This document shows, in pieces, positions 19,314-29,277 of a stretch of 64,000 bases of DNA. Source of the DNA: an uncultured delta proteobacterium. GTDB lineage: Bacteria > Desulfobacterota > Desulfobacteria > Desulfobacterales > JAFDCJ01. A program made the translations under genes and the position numbers. The stretch lies in the NCBI GenBank assembly GCA_963769935.1, contig CAVYNY010000020.1, positions 192,001 to 256,000 of the forward strand. Reading direction: 5' to 3'. Positions within the stretch are counted from its first letter, which is position 1; every line of letters starts with the position of its first letter. The notes below the pieces were generated by a model. That model was not told the origin of the DNA and did not search any database. It was given only the letters and a program-made list of their open reading frames with translations.

Positions 19314-20725
19314 AATTTTACCCCCGCGATGTCTTCTTTTTTGCGGCTGAAGTCCAGGCCGGCTGTTTGCCCGCTGTTGGCAGCCTTTTTTAATATATAA
19401 CCGCCGGCCAGAAGTGCAAACAGGGGCAGGTATTCGGCCAGCAGAATCCAGACCGGCATTTTCCCTTCGGGCGGCACATATTTTAAATAGGACAGGGTCA
19501 CGGTACAGGTAAACATCAGCCAGGCCGGGCTGGGAAAAAAGATCAGAAAGGGAATGATCAGGATGACATACCACGGATGCAGCGAAGCCGGCATCAGGAC
19601 CATCAGCAATCCCGTTAAAATATAGGCATACCACACTACCTCAGTGTCTTTTTTTTCTTTCAGGAAAACGACCAATCCGGCTGCTGACAGAACGATGATA
19701 AACAAAAAAGTCAGCGGGTAGTAGCCCAGCCCCGGGATCAGGTGCATCAGAAAATATTTTAAGCCTAAATTGAAGCTCTCATGGGAATCATTTAAATAAA
19801 CCGGCAAAAATCCCGCAATTTTGCCGCCTGCACCGGCAAACGGCAGATAGAGCACCAGGATGGCTGCCGCAAAGATAACCAGGCCTTTTATTCTGTCGCC
19901 GCGATTTAAGAGGGCCGCCAGCAGCAGGGCCGGATACACCTTGACCGCAGCCGCGAGGGTCAGCATGATGATTGCCGGTATTTTTTTTCGGATGGTATAT
20001 AAATAAAGGGCAGTCACCATCAAAAAAACGGTCAGCCCTTCGAGATGGCCGCTGTAGGCTATTTCCCATATGACCAGGGGATTCCAGGCATAGACGATGA
20101 TTTTCGCTAAGGCGAATCCCCGGGTCTGAAGCAACGCGGCCAGCACCAGCAGGGTCAGGATATCAAAAAACACCATGATAGCCTTGTGCCCGGTGACACT
20201 GTCTCCCGCCAGGATATAAAAAATCCGGAAAAAGACCTGGGCTCCGGCCGGATACACGGTAGGATAACCTTTGCGGTTGATGTTGGGGAAAATCCGATCT
20301 TCGCGCAGGTTTTTCAGTTCGGCGGCTCCCGGCGGGTAAAGGTAGGGGTTGATCCCGTTATGCTGCACCCGGCCGTCCCAGATATAGCGATACATGTCTT
20401 TGGATAGCACGACCGGGTCCGGCGCGATCAGACCGAGCCTGAACACAATCGCCAGCAGGATAATGATGCCCGCCAACCACCGGGGTGTTTGTGTGGGCGG
20501 CATCTTTAGAACCAGAAAGACGCAGATCAGATAAAGAACGCCTAAAAACAGAAATATGACGACATAAAGCTGAAGCTCCGCCAGCCCGGAAAATATGGAA
20601 ACGAGATCATCAATTTTAAAATTTATCCAATAAATTGAAGCCGATAGAATTCCCAAGCCAATGATAACGGCCGATACGACCCGGGAGTTAAGGCGGGTTG
20701 TATGTTTAGGATTGCGTCTTTCCAT
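19310..20725 (-). CDS. GT-C membrane glycosyltransferase (GT87 / DUF2029-like)
   Basis: Polytopic; LSKDMYRYIWDG, GINPY, YAWNPL..E...SGHLE, HPWY. Confidence 0.85.
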   Translation of the reverse strand: MERRNPKHTTRLNSRVVSAVIIGLGILSASIYWINFKIDDLVSIFSGLAELQLYVVIFLFLGVLYLICVFLVLKMPPTQTPRWLAGIIILLAIVFRLGLIAPDPVVLSKDMYRYIWDGRVQHNGINPYLYPPGAAELKNLREDRIFPNINRKGYPTVYPAGAQVFFRIFYILAGDSVTGHKAIMVFFDILTLLVLAALLQTRGFALAKIIVYAWNPLVIWEIAYSGHLEGLTVFLMVTALYLYTIRKKIPAIIMLTLAAAVKVYPALLLAALLNRGDRIKGLVIFAAAILVLYLPFAGAGGKIAGFLPVYLNDSHESFNLGLKYFLMHLIPGLGYYPLTFLFIIVLSAAGLVVFLKEKKDTEVVWYAYILTGLLMVLMPASLHPWYVILIIPFLIFFPSPAWLMFTCTVTLSYLKYVPPEGKMPVWILLAEYLPLFALLAGGYILKKAANSGQTAGLDFSRKKEDIAGVKL

Positions 20726-22205
20726 ATCCGTGCTTTACCGAGAGAAAAAAGACGTAGAAAAAGCCCGAGGTGTAGATCAGCAGGAAGGGGCTGACAAGAT
20801 ATTTGCTGAAAAGAAGAAACATCAGAAGCCCGCCCAGCGAATAAAGCCCCAGTAAAAATTCGAGAATCGACACGGCGCTTAAAGGAATCGAATAGTTTTT
20901 GCCGCGCCAGCTGTCCTGCTGCTTATTAATACCGTATTTGGGAGTGCGCACAAAACCGCTTTTTATATTCAGCAGTGCTTCCAGGACCGCCTTGGTGTTA
21001 TTCACCGCAATGCCGGTTCCCAGGCACATGAGAAACGGCAGAAATTTGATACGGGTTTTCCAGTCGCGATAAAGAATTTTCTGAGAGAACAAATACATCG
21101 ACGATGGTCCGAATGTGGCCAGGCTGAGCATGGTAAATATCAAGACCGGGTAGGAAAGGTTGTCAAAAAACCATTGCGAGTAGAGCATCGGAATGGATGT
21201 CAGCACCACCAGGAGCATCATCGGATGGACCATGTAGTGGGTCAGGTGCAGAAACGCCTGGATTTTAACCAGCAGCGGTGCCTCGGACTTGAAAAGTTTG
21301 CCGAGATTTTTTTTGGCGGTCTGGATTGATCCCTTGGCCCAGCGATGCTGCTGGGATTTAAAGGCATTAATGGTCACCGGCACTTCCGCCGGACAGACCA
21401 CTTCGGTTACAAACTTTAGTTTCCAGCCTTTAAGCTGAGCCCGGTAGCTCAAATCGAGATCTTCGGTGAGGGTGTCGGCCTGCCATCCGCCGGCATCTTC
21501 GATGGTTTCTTTGCGCCAAATGCCGGCCGTACCGTTAAAATTCATAAACAAGCCGCTCCAGGCGCGTGCGGCCTGCTCCACCCCGAAGTGGCCGTCGATT
21601 CCAATCGACTGTGCTCGGGTCAGCAATGAATAATCGTGGTTGATATGCCCCCAGCGGGTTTGCAGCATGCCGACCTTGGGGTCGGTGAAATACGGGATGG
21701 TTTCTATTAAAAATTCCGGATTAGGAATAAAATCGGCGTCAAAGATTCCCACAAGTTCGCCTTTGGCAGTTTTGAGACCCTCTTTCAGGGCACCCGCCTT
21801 GAAACCGGTGCGATTGTCGCGGTGAATATATTGAACATCGAAGCCCCGGTCATTCATCTGCCTGGCCAAGGCCTGGACAATATCGACGGTGTCATCGGTG
21901 GAGTCGTCCAGAATCTGGATTTCAAGCAGTTCCTTGGGGTATTCAAAGCAGCAAACCGATTTGATCAATCGGTCAACCACATAGCGTTCATTGAAGATCG
22001 GCAGTTGGATGGTGACCCGCGGCCAATTTTTGACGGGAAAATCCCGGTAAAATCTTGTTTTTATCTCTGCATGCTGCTGAAGGTTTTTGGGGCGGTTCAG
22101 ACGATAAAACAGCATGAGCAAATAGCAGTTCATGCCGTAGGTAAGCAGCGCTGCCAGGGCAAACAAATATATTCCCAGCATTGCGTATTGAAATGAGTCC
22201 GTCAT
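20706..22205 (-). CDS. Processive GT2 glycosyltransferase (cellulose synthase / CslA-like)
   Basis: QLPIFNE, DDS, GFKAGAL, FDAD, TED, QQHRW (QxxRW), FVRTPK. Confidence 0.92.
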   Translation of the reverse strand: MTDSFQYAMLGIYLFALAALLTYGMNCYLLMLFYRLNRPKNLQQHAEIKTRFYRDFPVKNWPRVTIQLPIFNERYVVDRLIKSVCCFEYPKELLEIQILDDSTDDTVDIVQALARQMNDRGFDVQYIHRDNRTGFKAGALKEGLKTAKGELVGIFDADFIPNPEFLIETIPYFTDPKVGMLQTRWGHINHDYSLLTRAQSIGIDGHFGVEQAARAWSGLFMNFNGTAGIWRKETIEDAGGWQADTLTEDLDLSYRAQLKGWKLKFVTEVVCPAEVPVTINAFKSQQHRWAKGSIQTAKKNLGKLFKSEAPLLVKIQAFLHLTHYMVHPMMLLVVLTSIPMLYSQWFFDNLSYPVLIFTMLSLATFGPSSMYLFSQKILYRDWKTRIKFLPFLMCLGTGIAVNNTKAVLEALLNIKSGFVRTPKYGINKQQDSWRGKNYSIPLSAVSILEFLLGLYSLGGLLMFLLFSKYLVSPFLLIYTSGFFYVFFLSVKHGYGKTQS

Positions 22206-22652
22206 AATTCAACCGGAAAGTTATACTCCGTTGATAGACGATACCTATTTGAATCTTATTTAAATAATAAATTATTTAAGGGATAGCCCCTCTGCCCATA
22301 ATACTGACACTATTTATATGAATAGCCTTTGAAAGACAAGTGAATTTGCACGGACCTGCCTTTTATATGTGATGTTTGGAATTGAATAAAACTCCCGTTC
22401 CGCCTGAAGCATTTCAAGACCATTTTCTGGCGGATCGGCAGCCCATCCTTATCAAAGGCAGGGATTCTGCCATCGGATGATGGTTTGATCCTTTGGGTTT
22501 GAATTAAAAAATCCCATTGTCTATAAAGAAAAAAACCGGTAGAAAGGTAAAGAATCCTGGGCCGGCTTCCGGCCGGCAAGCAGGGCCGGGCTTTGGTTTC
22601 AGCCCGGGCGGCGGCGTTTGCCCTCAGGCAACCGATGGAGAAAGGGAATGAT

Positions 22653-23381
22653 ATGGCCGGCGTAAAAGAACACTATGATAAATTGCTTGCCCCCTACTAT
22701 GCGTGGATATACGGCGGGTCAGAATTAAAATTTGAGGAAAACCGCAAATTTTTTCAATCCCACGGTATCCGTCCGGCTCAATCCGGAGCGGCAGTGGATT
22801 TGGGTGCCGGATCCGGCTTTCAGTCGATACCGTTGTCTCAAGCCGGGTTTAAGGTCCTTGCGATTGATGGATGCCATGATCTGCTGATGGAACTTAAATC
22901 ACATGCCGCAGGATTGGTCATTGTCACGGTTGAAGACGACCTGCTGAATTTTACCGAACACATCGCCGGAAAAGTTGAACTCATCGTTTGCATGGGCGAT
23001 ACGCTGACCCATCTGCAGACTCTGGCGGAAGTTCAGGCTCTGGTTGAAGAGGGGTGTCGGGCTTTGGAGGATAACGGCCGTTTGATTTTGGAATTCAGAG
23101 ACTTAGCTGCTGAATTGAAAAACCTGGACCGCTTCATTCCCGTGCGAAGTGATTCCAATAGAATTTTTACATGCTTTCTCGAATACGAAGAAAAACATGT
23201 AAAAGTTCATGACATTGTTCATGAAAAAACCGGAAACCAATGGGTGATGAAAAAAAGCTATTTCCGCAAGCTCCGCATCCCGCAGCAGTGGATGAGCGAA
23301 TGTTTGCGAAAAGTCGGATTTACGATTGAAAAGTTAGATATTCATAATGGCATGATAACGATCATTGCCCTTAGGTGCTGA
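22653..23381 (+). CDS. Class I SAM-dependent methyltransferase
   Basis: VDLGAGSG motif I; CMGDTLTHL. Confidence 0.9.
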   Translation: MAGVKEHYDKLLAPYYAWIYGGSELKFEENRKFFQSHGIRPAQSGAAVDLGAGSGFQSIPLSQAGFKVLAIDGCHDLLMELKSHAAGLVIVTVEDDLLNFTEHIAGKVELIVCMGDTLTHLQTLAEVQALVEEGCRALEDNGRLILEFRDLAAELKNLDRFIPVRSDSNRIFTCFLEYEEKHVKVHDIVHEKTGNQWVMKKSYFRKLRIPQQWMSECLRKVGFTIEKLDIHNGMITIIALRC

Positions 23382-23387
23382 TGGCAA

Positions 23388-23550
23388 CTAAGGGCTCACT
23401 CAAAAATAACTTCACATTTTATACGCCGATGCATCTCTTTCGGCTGCGTTGCGAAAGCTCGGAATATCCAGATATTCCTGCGTTTTCGCGCCTTGCCGCA
23501 AGAGCGCCGGAACAACTAAAACTGTGAATCAATTTTTTCGTGAACCCTAA
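23388..23550. mobile_element. ~163-bp MITE-like element, copy 2 (inverted relative to 11687-11849)
   Basis: taagggctcactcaaaaataacttcaca ... tgtgaatcaattttttcgtgaaccctaa. Confidence 0.8.
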
Positions 23551-23575
23551 CCATAGGAGATGCGGGAAAAATTTT

Positions 23576-23851
23576 TCAACTATCTTCGCGGTCGTTTTCA
23601 TCTGCCGGCCTTTTCCTACCGCCATATGAATAAGACAGTTTGATGTCTTTTAGAATTTCTCTGGCTATATTGGCCTGATCCTTTCTAACCATCAGCCTCA
23701 TCGGCAACGCATTGAATATATAGGGTGCAACATATTCACCCTGGATAAAATAGGTGATGCCTTCGGCATCCAATATGGATTTTAGAAAAACGCGGTCACC
23801 TGCATTGTAAGTTTCTAAAATCGGTACAAATTCTATGAATTCATTTTTCAT
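23576..23851 (-). CDS. DUF2007 / putative signal-transducing small protein
   Basis: LKSILDAEGITYFIQGE...RLMVRKDQ..AREIL. Confidence 0.8.
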   Translation of the reverse strand: MKNEFIEFVPILETYNAGDRVFLKSILDAEGITYFIQGEYVAPYIFNALPMRLMVRKDQANIAREILKDIKLSYSYGGRKRPADENDREDS

Positions 23852-24067
23852 GATTTCTCATAAATCTTACTTTTCGATTCATATCTCCGGGCGCGATAAC
23901 TCGGATTCGCTTATCTGTCAATACGAAGCAGATAGGAAATGACTTCGGAATGTTCCCAATTTCCCGACTGTATGTTTGGTAATTTGAGAGGTTGCCGGGA
24001 CCGGCTGCTGGCGAATTGGAAAAAGAGCCTTACCTTTTAGGAAGCTTTAGGATAAGACCACGCCAAC

Positions 24068-25105
24068 ATGCCGATCCCGAACCGGGCAGGGAGGAATCTA
24101 ATGGCCGCCAGCTATATTGCCACAATGACGCCGGATGCTCACCAGCTCAGCACACTCGCAGCTGCCGCCCGCATGTTTCAGACAGCCGACACTTTTTTGA
24201 ATTCGCTTTCGTCCGAACAGCGCCGGGTCGCCTGTTTTCCCTTTGAAGACGGCGAGCGCTATGGCTGGCATTACGTACCCCGCAGACGGAACGGGCTGGC
24301 CCTGAAGGACATGACCGCCGATCAGCAGGTGCTGGCCCGGGGGTTTTTAAAGACCGGGTTGAGCCAAAGCGGCTATTGGAAATCAGCCACCATCATGAAG
24401 CTGGAGACGGTCCTGCGTGAAATTGAAGCCTTTAACATGGGTCGTGACCCGGAAAAATACTTCTTTTCATTTTTCGGACGTCCGTCCGGGAACGGCACCT
24501 GGGGCTGGCGGGTGGAGGGGCATCATCTATCGCTCAACTTTACCATTGTCAAGGGACGTCTGCTGGCAACCGCCCCGCGCTTTTTCGGTGCCAATCCGGC
24601 CAAAGTCGCGGCAGGGGAATTGAGCGGTTTGCGGACCCTGGCCGCTGAAGAAGATTTGGCCCGGCAGCTGTTAATTTCTCTGGATTCGGAGCAGAGACAA
24701 AAAGCAGTTTTTCGCGAACAAGCCTATGGCGACATTGTGACCGGCAACGCGGCAGAGGTTTCGCCCCTCGAGCAGGTGGGCATTGCAGCAGCTGCCTTGG
24801 ACGAGGCGCAGATGGATTTTCTGATAAGGCTGATCGACGAGTATGTATCGGCCTTGACGCCTGAAATCGCACGGCAGCGCAGCGCAGCAGTCCGCAACAG
24901 CGGTTTGAATCAGATTCATTTCGGCTGGGCCGGCAGCCTCGAACCGGGCCGCCCCCACTACTACCGTATTCAAGGGACCGCCTTTCTGATCGAATACGAC
25001 AATGTCCAAAACAGCGCCAATCACATCCACACGGTGTGGCGCGATTTCGACGGCGATTTCGGCCAAGACCTTTTAAGGGAGCACTACCGGAGGGCGCATC
25101 GGTGA
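24068..25105 (+). CDS. DUF3500 domain protein (start uncertain)
   Basis: WHYVP, RDPEKYF, WGWRVEGHHLSLN, FFGANP, YYRIQG, NHIHTVWRD..DFG. Confidence 0.85.
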   Translation: MPIPNRAGRNLMAASYIATMTPDAHQLSTLAAAARMFQTADTFLNSLSSEQRRVACFPFEDGERYGWHYVPRRRNGLALKDMTADQQVLARGFLKTGLSQSGYWKSATIMKLETVLREIEAFNMGRDPEKYFFSFFGRPSGNGTWGWRVEGHHLSLNFTIVKGRLLATAPRFFGANPAKVAAGELSGLRTLAAEEDLARQLLISLDSEQRQKAVFREQAYGDIVTGNAAEVSPLEQVGIAAAALDEAQMDFLIRLIDEYVSALTPEIARQRSAAVRNSGLNQIHFGWAGSLEPGRPHYYRIQGTAFLIEYDNVQNSANHIHTVWRDFDGDFGQDLLREHYRRAHR

Positions 25106-25174
25106 AAAACCCGGGCTCCGTTTCCGGCGCGTTATTGTAAGAACATCCCCCCGGACGCCTCAATCCGTTGGCCG

Positions 25175-26173
25175 GTGATCCAATGTACCTCTTCCGAGGA
25201 AAGGAGATTGATTGTGAGAAAAAGCCGGATCATAGTGGACGATAACTTACTTGTCTTCGGGTTGGCGGCATGCCATGCGTCAACCACCGCCCCGGTAAAG
25301 ACACGAACCGACAATTCTCCAAGGGTCATTGCCCACCGTGCGGGCGGCGGCCAGTGGCCGCAAAATTCCCGAACCGCCGTGCTCAACTGCATAGCAAAGG
25401 CTCAAGACCCCACCCTTCAAAATCGTTATGACGGCATGGAGATGGATATTGTTCTGACCAAGGACGGTATTCCGGTTTTATCCCATGACCCATGGGTTCA
25501 CACCGCCCTGTGCACCACGGCATCCGGCGAACCGATCCGCGACCGCGTCTTGATCCGTGAAAAAACCCTGGCCCAACTTCAATCCCAATACATTTGTGGA
25601 GGAGTTCGGGAGCCTGACTTTCCACAGGTCCATCCGAAAGCCGAGCCGATCATGACGTTGGATGAAGTTCTGCAGGCATTGAAAAAGGCGCCGAAAATGA
25701 TGCTGTATCTGGACGTCAAAATCGACGGTGACCTGACCGCAAGTGCCGAAGATTACGCCAAAGCAATATCCGCGCTCTGGGAGGCCGCTGGATTGTCAAA
25801 TCGTCTTTATGTTGAGGGGCCTTCGCCGGACAGCCTGGCGGCCTATCGCGCGGCGTTCACGACGAACTTTGTGCCCGTGTTGTCCTATCCGGCTTTCAGC
25901 GCAACGGAAAATTTCACCTGGACGGCGCTCAAGGCACGCTGGCTCACCAAACTAAAGCTGCGCAGCCCTCTGGCGGCGGCTCGCAAAGCGCAGGCCGGAG
26001 CAGTGGCCGCTCCAACGCAGGTGGTTACCCGGCACGCGGTCGGGGAAGCCCGGGACAACGGCGTTGAAGTGGTGTTGTTTACTCCAAACACCCGGGATGA
26101 TCTTGAAAGGTATTGCCAATGGCCCGTGGATGTCTTGATTACCGATTATCCGGACCTGGGGCACTGCCCATAA
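25175..26173 (+). CDS. Glycerophosphodiester phosphodiesterase family protein (start uncertain)
   Basis: IAHRAG, QNS, EMDIVLTKDG..VLSHD, ITDYPD. Confidence 0.85.
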   Translation: MIQCTSSEERRLIVRKSRIIVDDNLLVFGLAACHASTTAPVKTRTDNSPRVIAHRAGGGQWPQNSRTAVLNCIAKAQDPTLQNRYDGMEMDIVLTKDGIPVLSHDPWVHTALCTTASGEPIRDRVLIREKTLAQLQSQYICGGVREPDFPQVHPKAEPIMTLDEVLQALKKAPKMMLYLDVKIDGDLTASAEDYAKAISALWEAAGLSNRLYVEGPSPDSLAAYRAAFTTNFVPVLSYPAFSATENFTWTALKARWLTKLKLRSPLAAARKAQAGAVAAPTQVVTRHAVGEARDNGVEVVLFTPNTRDDLERYCQWPVDVLITDYPDLGHCP

Positions 26174-26189
26174 CTGCCGGATTCATAGC

Positions 26190-26395
26190 GAAATCTGCCT
26201 GATGCTTCACGATGATCTCTGCTTCGTCGGTAGTGAATCCTGTGCCTGAGAAAGCCGAGAGCGGTTGAAATCGCACCCCCTCCTCTGATAAACCCGTCAT
26301 CAAAAAAGGAAGGCAACAGAGCCCATCCGAATTACTAACATCGAAAGGGCTAATACGAGAATAAGTAACACGACAGAAACCATAGCGGCCACCAT
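26190..26395 (-). pseudogene. N-terminal fragment of a TrkA-C-associated membrane protein
   Basis: Frameshifted reading ...VIRMGSVA / MTGLSEEGVRFQPLSAFSGTGFTTDEAEIIVKH; follows an attC site. Confidence 0.55.
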
Positions 26396-26418
26396 CTTGA
26401 GGAGGATGCCTCAGCGAG

Positions 26419-26520
26419 GTTCGACTGAGCTAACCTGCCGGCCACCATACCTTCGCGCCTGCGCTGGTCTTTACGGAAAACCGCATACTTTTTCCGTTCA
26501 AGTGCAGCGGCAGGTTGGCT
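26419..26520 (-). other. Integron attC site (3' end eroded)
   Basis: AGCCAAC ctgccgctgcacttgaacgg ... ccggcaggttagctca; homologous to the attC at 28109. Confidence 0.7.
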
Positions 26521-26535
26521 GGTATCATGCTACTG

Positions 26536-26937
26536 CTACTTACCGAACGAATTCAATGACATTGCCACTGAGGAAAACTCGCGCAGCAGCTGCTTATCAA
26601 CAGTTACTAAAGGAACCTTCAGGTCCTTTGCCGTAACGATAAATTCACAATCATAAGCAGAGCATTTGCTTTTTGAGGTAAGCCTCAAAACTTCATATGA
26701 TGGAACCTCATACTCTCGATCCCTTAGTAATTTCAAAGCACTATTCATTATTTGCTGAGCTTGCTCCAACTTTATGATTTTTTTTCGCATATAAAAGGCA
26801 AGAACATTGCGAAATTCGCTACGCCATAAAATGGGTGCCGCCCACTCATTGTCCTTTTGCAGGGTTCGTTCGGCTAAAACGGATTGCTCGCTCGATAGGA
26901 AGAGATAGCCGATAACATTTGTATCAACCACAATCAT
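26536..26937 (-). CDS. vapC: VapC / PIN-domain toxin
   Basis: MIVVDTNV, SAYDCEF, LVTVDKQL. Confidence 0.92.
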   Translation of the reverse strand: MIVVDTNVIGYLFLSSEQSVLAERTLQKDNEWAAPILWRSEFRNVLAFYMRKKIIKLEQAQQIMNSALKLLRDREYEVPSYEVLRLTSKSKCSAYDCEFIVTAKDLKVPLVTVDKQLLREFSSVAMSLNSFGK

Positions 26938-27176
26938 AGCCGGCCTTCTGCTTTTGCCCGGTTGAATTCCTTATCACTGATCAGATGTCCGGCTGTCAAT
27001 TGACGGAGCTGACGAGCATTCTCAAGCACCTCCTCGAGATCGATCCGGCGGCTGACAACATTATTTTCAATGCACATGATAATCTCGCTATTGATGGAAC
27101 GCCGATTTATTTGTGCGACTGACTTAAGCCGCTCGTAAAGCTCATCAGGTATATTCTTGACTGTAACAGTTGCCAT
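26934..27176 (-). CDS. Arc/FitA-like ribbon-helix-helix antitoxin
   Basis: MATVTVKNIPDELYERLK..A..NRRSINSEII; 4-nt overlap with the toxin; upstream TTGACA-17-CATATT with a tggtttcatatt direct repeat. Confidence 0.88.
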   Translation of the reverse strand: MATVTVKNIPDELYERLKSVAQINRRSINSEIIMCIENNVVSRRIDLEEVLENARQLRQLTAGHLISDKEFNRAKAEGRL

Positions 27177-27260
27177 ATTAGCGCCCCCAAATGATTTCAA
27201 TATGAAACCAATATGAAACCAAATGGAGTTGTTGTCAAGCCCAAAACAGACATTTATGTT

Positions 27261-27358
27261 TGCCAACCTCCACAAATAAGCTGCGTGTCAAAAGCGTTTC
27301 GAACTCGCACCGCCCTTACGGTAAGCCGCCTTCACCGCACTTGAACAGATTGGTTTTA
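27261..27358 (-). other. Degenerate integron attC site
   Basis: ...gcagcttatttgtggag GTTGGCA core; GTTGGC matches the AGCCAAC inverse core closing the vapBC cassette; left end degenerate. Confidence 0.55.
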
Positions 27359-27755
27359 TTCCAACATTGAAAACCTGGTCCTGTGGGCCAGGTCAGAGGA
27401 GATTGGCTTGTGCCGTAAACAGATGCCGTGGAATGATGAAACAGCATTCACGCCGCGCAGCGGGAGGGATACCACCCCAAAGAGCGCATCACCTTGATCA
27501 TGGGTCCGACAGCTCAGCTGCCGTTCGTTTTAATTTTGAAGAGGTCCTTGATTCTGGTTGCCACAATGGATATTTTATTAGTTGTTGATGGAGCTTGTAT
27601 CTGACAGCAATCTATCATTTGCGGGCTTCGCAAAAGCGAATATTTGGCCGATTATTTTTAAATAACTTGTTCCAGCCAATGCGCGCAGTTCGCTTTTGTT
27701 TGTCTGAGTTGTCGCTGCGCGTCGTTGAGTTAAATACTGCCAGGAGGTGAATGAC

Positions 27756-27920
27756 ATGGATATGGAAGTTAGGGAAGAAGAAAAAGAGGTTGTTTGCCAT
27801 GCGCTTAACATATATTTAAAAGATCTGAGGGGGGAAATCACTAAGACCGAAAAACATGACATGAAAGTCGACCTGCATCGCGAGGAAGACCTCATTAAGA
27901 AATTCATCGCGCGTTGTTGA
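27756..27920 (+). CDS. Small hypothetical protein, 54 aa (below the ORF-track cutoff)
   Basis: Strong RBS aggaggtga; MDMEVREEEKEVVCHALNIYLKDLRGEITKTEKHDMKVDLHREEDLIKKFIARC*. Confidence 0.65.
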   Translation: MDMEVREEEKEVVCHALNIYLKDLRGEITKTEKHDMKVDLHREEDLIKKFIARC

Positions 27921-28108
27921 TGGTTTATCGCGTTCCATGCGGATTTTATATCCGGTGGCGTGATTTTTCCTGTGACAATTTTTTGCAGAGCGAGCCCGAA
28001 AGTTTATGCGGGGGGGGCGGGGTTGACTTTCTAACTTCGGCCTCAGAAGGATAAGTACGATCCAAGGTGAGTAATTTACTCCGTTAAACCTTTTCCAAAT
28101 CAACTTTT

Positions 28109-28214
28109 GCCGAACGTTTTGAGCTAACCTGCCGGCCACCTTACCTTCAAACCTGAACAGGTCTTTACGCAAAATCGCATATTTTGCCGGTCAGGTTAAG
28201 CGATTGGGTTAAGC
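28109..28214 (-). other. Integron attC site
   Basis: GCTTAAC ccaatcgcttaacctgaccggc ... gccggcaggttagctcaaaac GTTCGGC; starts 4 nt after a stop codon. Confidence 0.88.
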
Positions 28215-28218
28215 GTCA

Positions 28219-28659
28219 TCAACGCCTCCAAACTGGCGACCAATCGCGAGCCATCTCGCTACGGCACGCGTGAGCTATGGCAAGGGAGCGCGTGTTGTCC
28301 GATTCGGCTGAGCCGGACCGGAGTCCGTTGCCGAATGCCACCATGGCGTCTGTGACGTCTTGGTTTTCGACCATGCCCATGACGCCCCAGTAGAGGGACC
28401 AAAACCGATCGACTCTGCGGACAGGCGGAGCCGGTGCAACAGCCGGCACAGCTGAATCTCTGCCGTAGATGGCGATGCCGGCTGCAACTTCAACCGCCTC
28501 TTCGCACCACCTCAGCTTTCGCTCAAGAAACGGCCGCGCGGCTTCCACTGCTTGATTCCGAGTGAACTGATATGTACCGGCAAGCAGGCCGACGAGCGTA
28601 AGGGCTACGCCGGAAATCTTCAGCCAATGTTCCAGGGACTTCGGTGCTTCTGCGGGCAT
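28219..28659 (-). CDS. Hypothetical cassette protein with N-terminal TM helix
   Basis: RBS gagga; ORF ends directly before attC. Confidence 0.7.
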   Translation of the reverse strand: MPAEAPKSLEHWLKISGVALTLVGLLAGTYQFTRNQAVEAARPFLERKLRWCEEAVEVAAGIAIYGRDSAVPAVAPAPPVRRVDRFWSLYWGVMGMVENQDVTDAMVAFGNGLRSGSAESDNTRSLAIAHACRSEMARDWSPVWRR

Positions 28660-28785
28660 GATGCTGTCCTCGCTGATTAACTGGCATTTTTTAATCACAA
28701 ATCAAGACACGACCCCTTGTTTCTTTTTCAGCTTGGTACTATTTTCCAAATGCGCCCGGCCTTGGCAGTAACCTGGACTGAGAGG

Positions 28786-29061
28786 TCATGATTCTATTTC
28801 GTTAAATTCCGCCTCAATGCGGTTCAATTCTTTTATTTCCTGTAAGATTTTGCTTTCATCTATCTCATTTAGTGGTTTTTTTAAATCCAACAGCGAATTG
28901 GCTTACATCGAGCTAAAACTAAATTTTTTCGTAAGTATTTTTACAGCGCTATCTCTGTTCCTTAAAATCGCATTTATTTTATCAGCGTTTTTCCGTGCTT
29001 TTAATAAACCAGCCATAATATGCTGGCGGGCATAATTTATTGAAAGATCTTTTCGTGCCAT
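28786..29061 (-). pseudogene. Stand-alone GyrA/ParC coiled-coil/C-gate-like fragment with internal TAA
   Basis: ARQHIMAGLLKARKNADKINAILRN...LTKKFSFSSM*ANSLLDL...KILQEIKEL resembles GyrA RxHILEGL..A..N.D.VI..IR...F.LS..QA.AILDM. Confidence 0.55.
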
Positions 29062-29078
29062 AGATTTATCTGAGCAAA

Positions 29079-29212
29079 TCATAACGCAGCGCTTCACTCA
29101 GCGGGCGGTGATATACAACAGACTTTGAAAAATGTGACAAAGCTCGCGAATCACACAAATAGATGGAAAACCGCCAGCAGAGCCCGGTCGGCTGTGAAAG
29201 CGCTTGTTGGGC
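29079..29212 (-). other. Integron attC site
   Basis: GCCCAAC aagcgctttcacagccgac ... gcccgctgagtgaagcgctgc GTTATGA. Confidence 0.88.
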
Positions 29213-29277
29213 GATTATCCTCTTCATTCGCCCACCCGGAAAATGCTGATCCGCTAGACACCAGTCTTTTGTAAAGA

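Noticed and set aside
23885..24070. Possible attC upstream of the DUF2007 gene (…gataagcgaatccga GTTATCG on the minus strand)
   Set aside because: No convincing inverse core or L box could be paired with it
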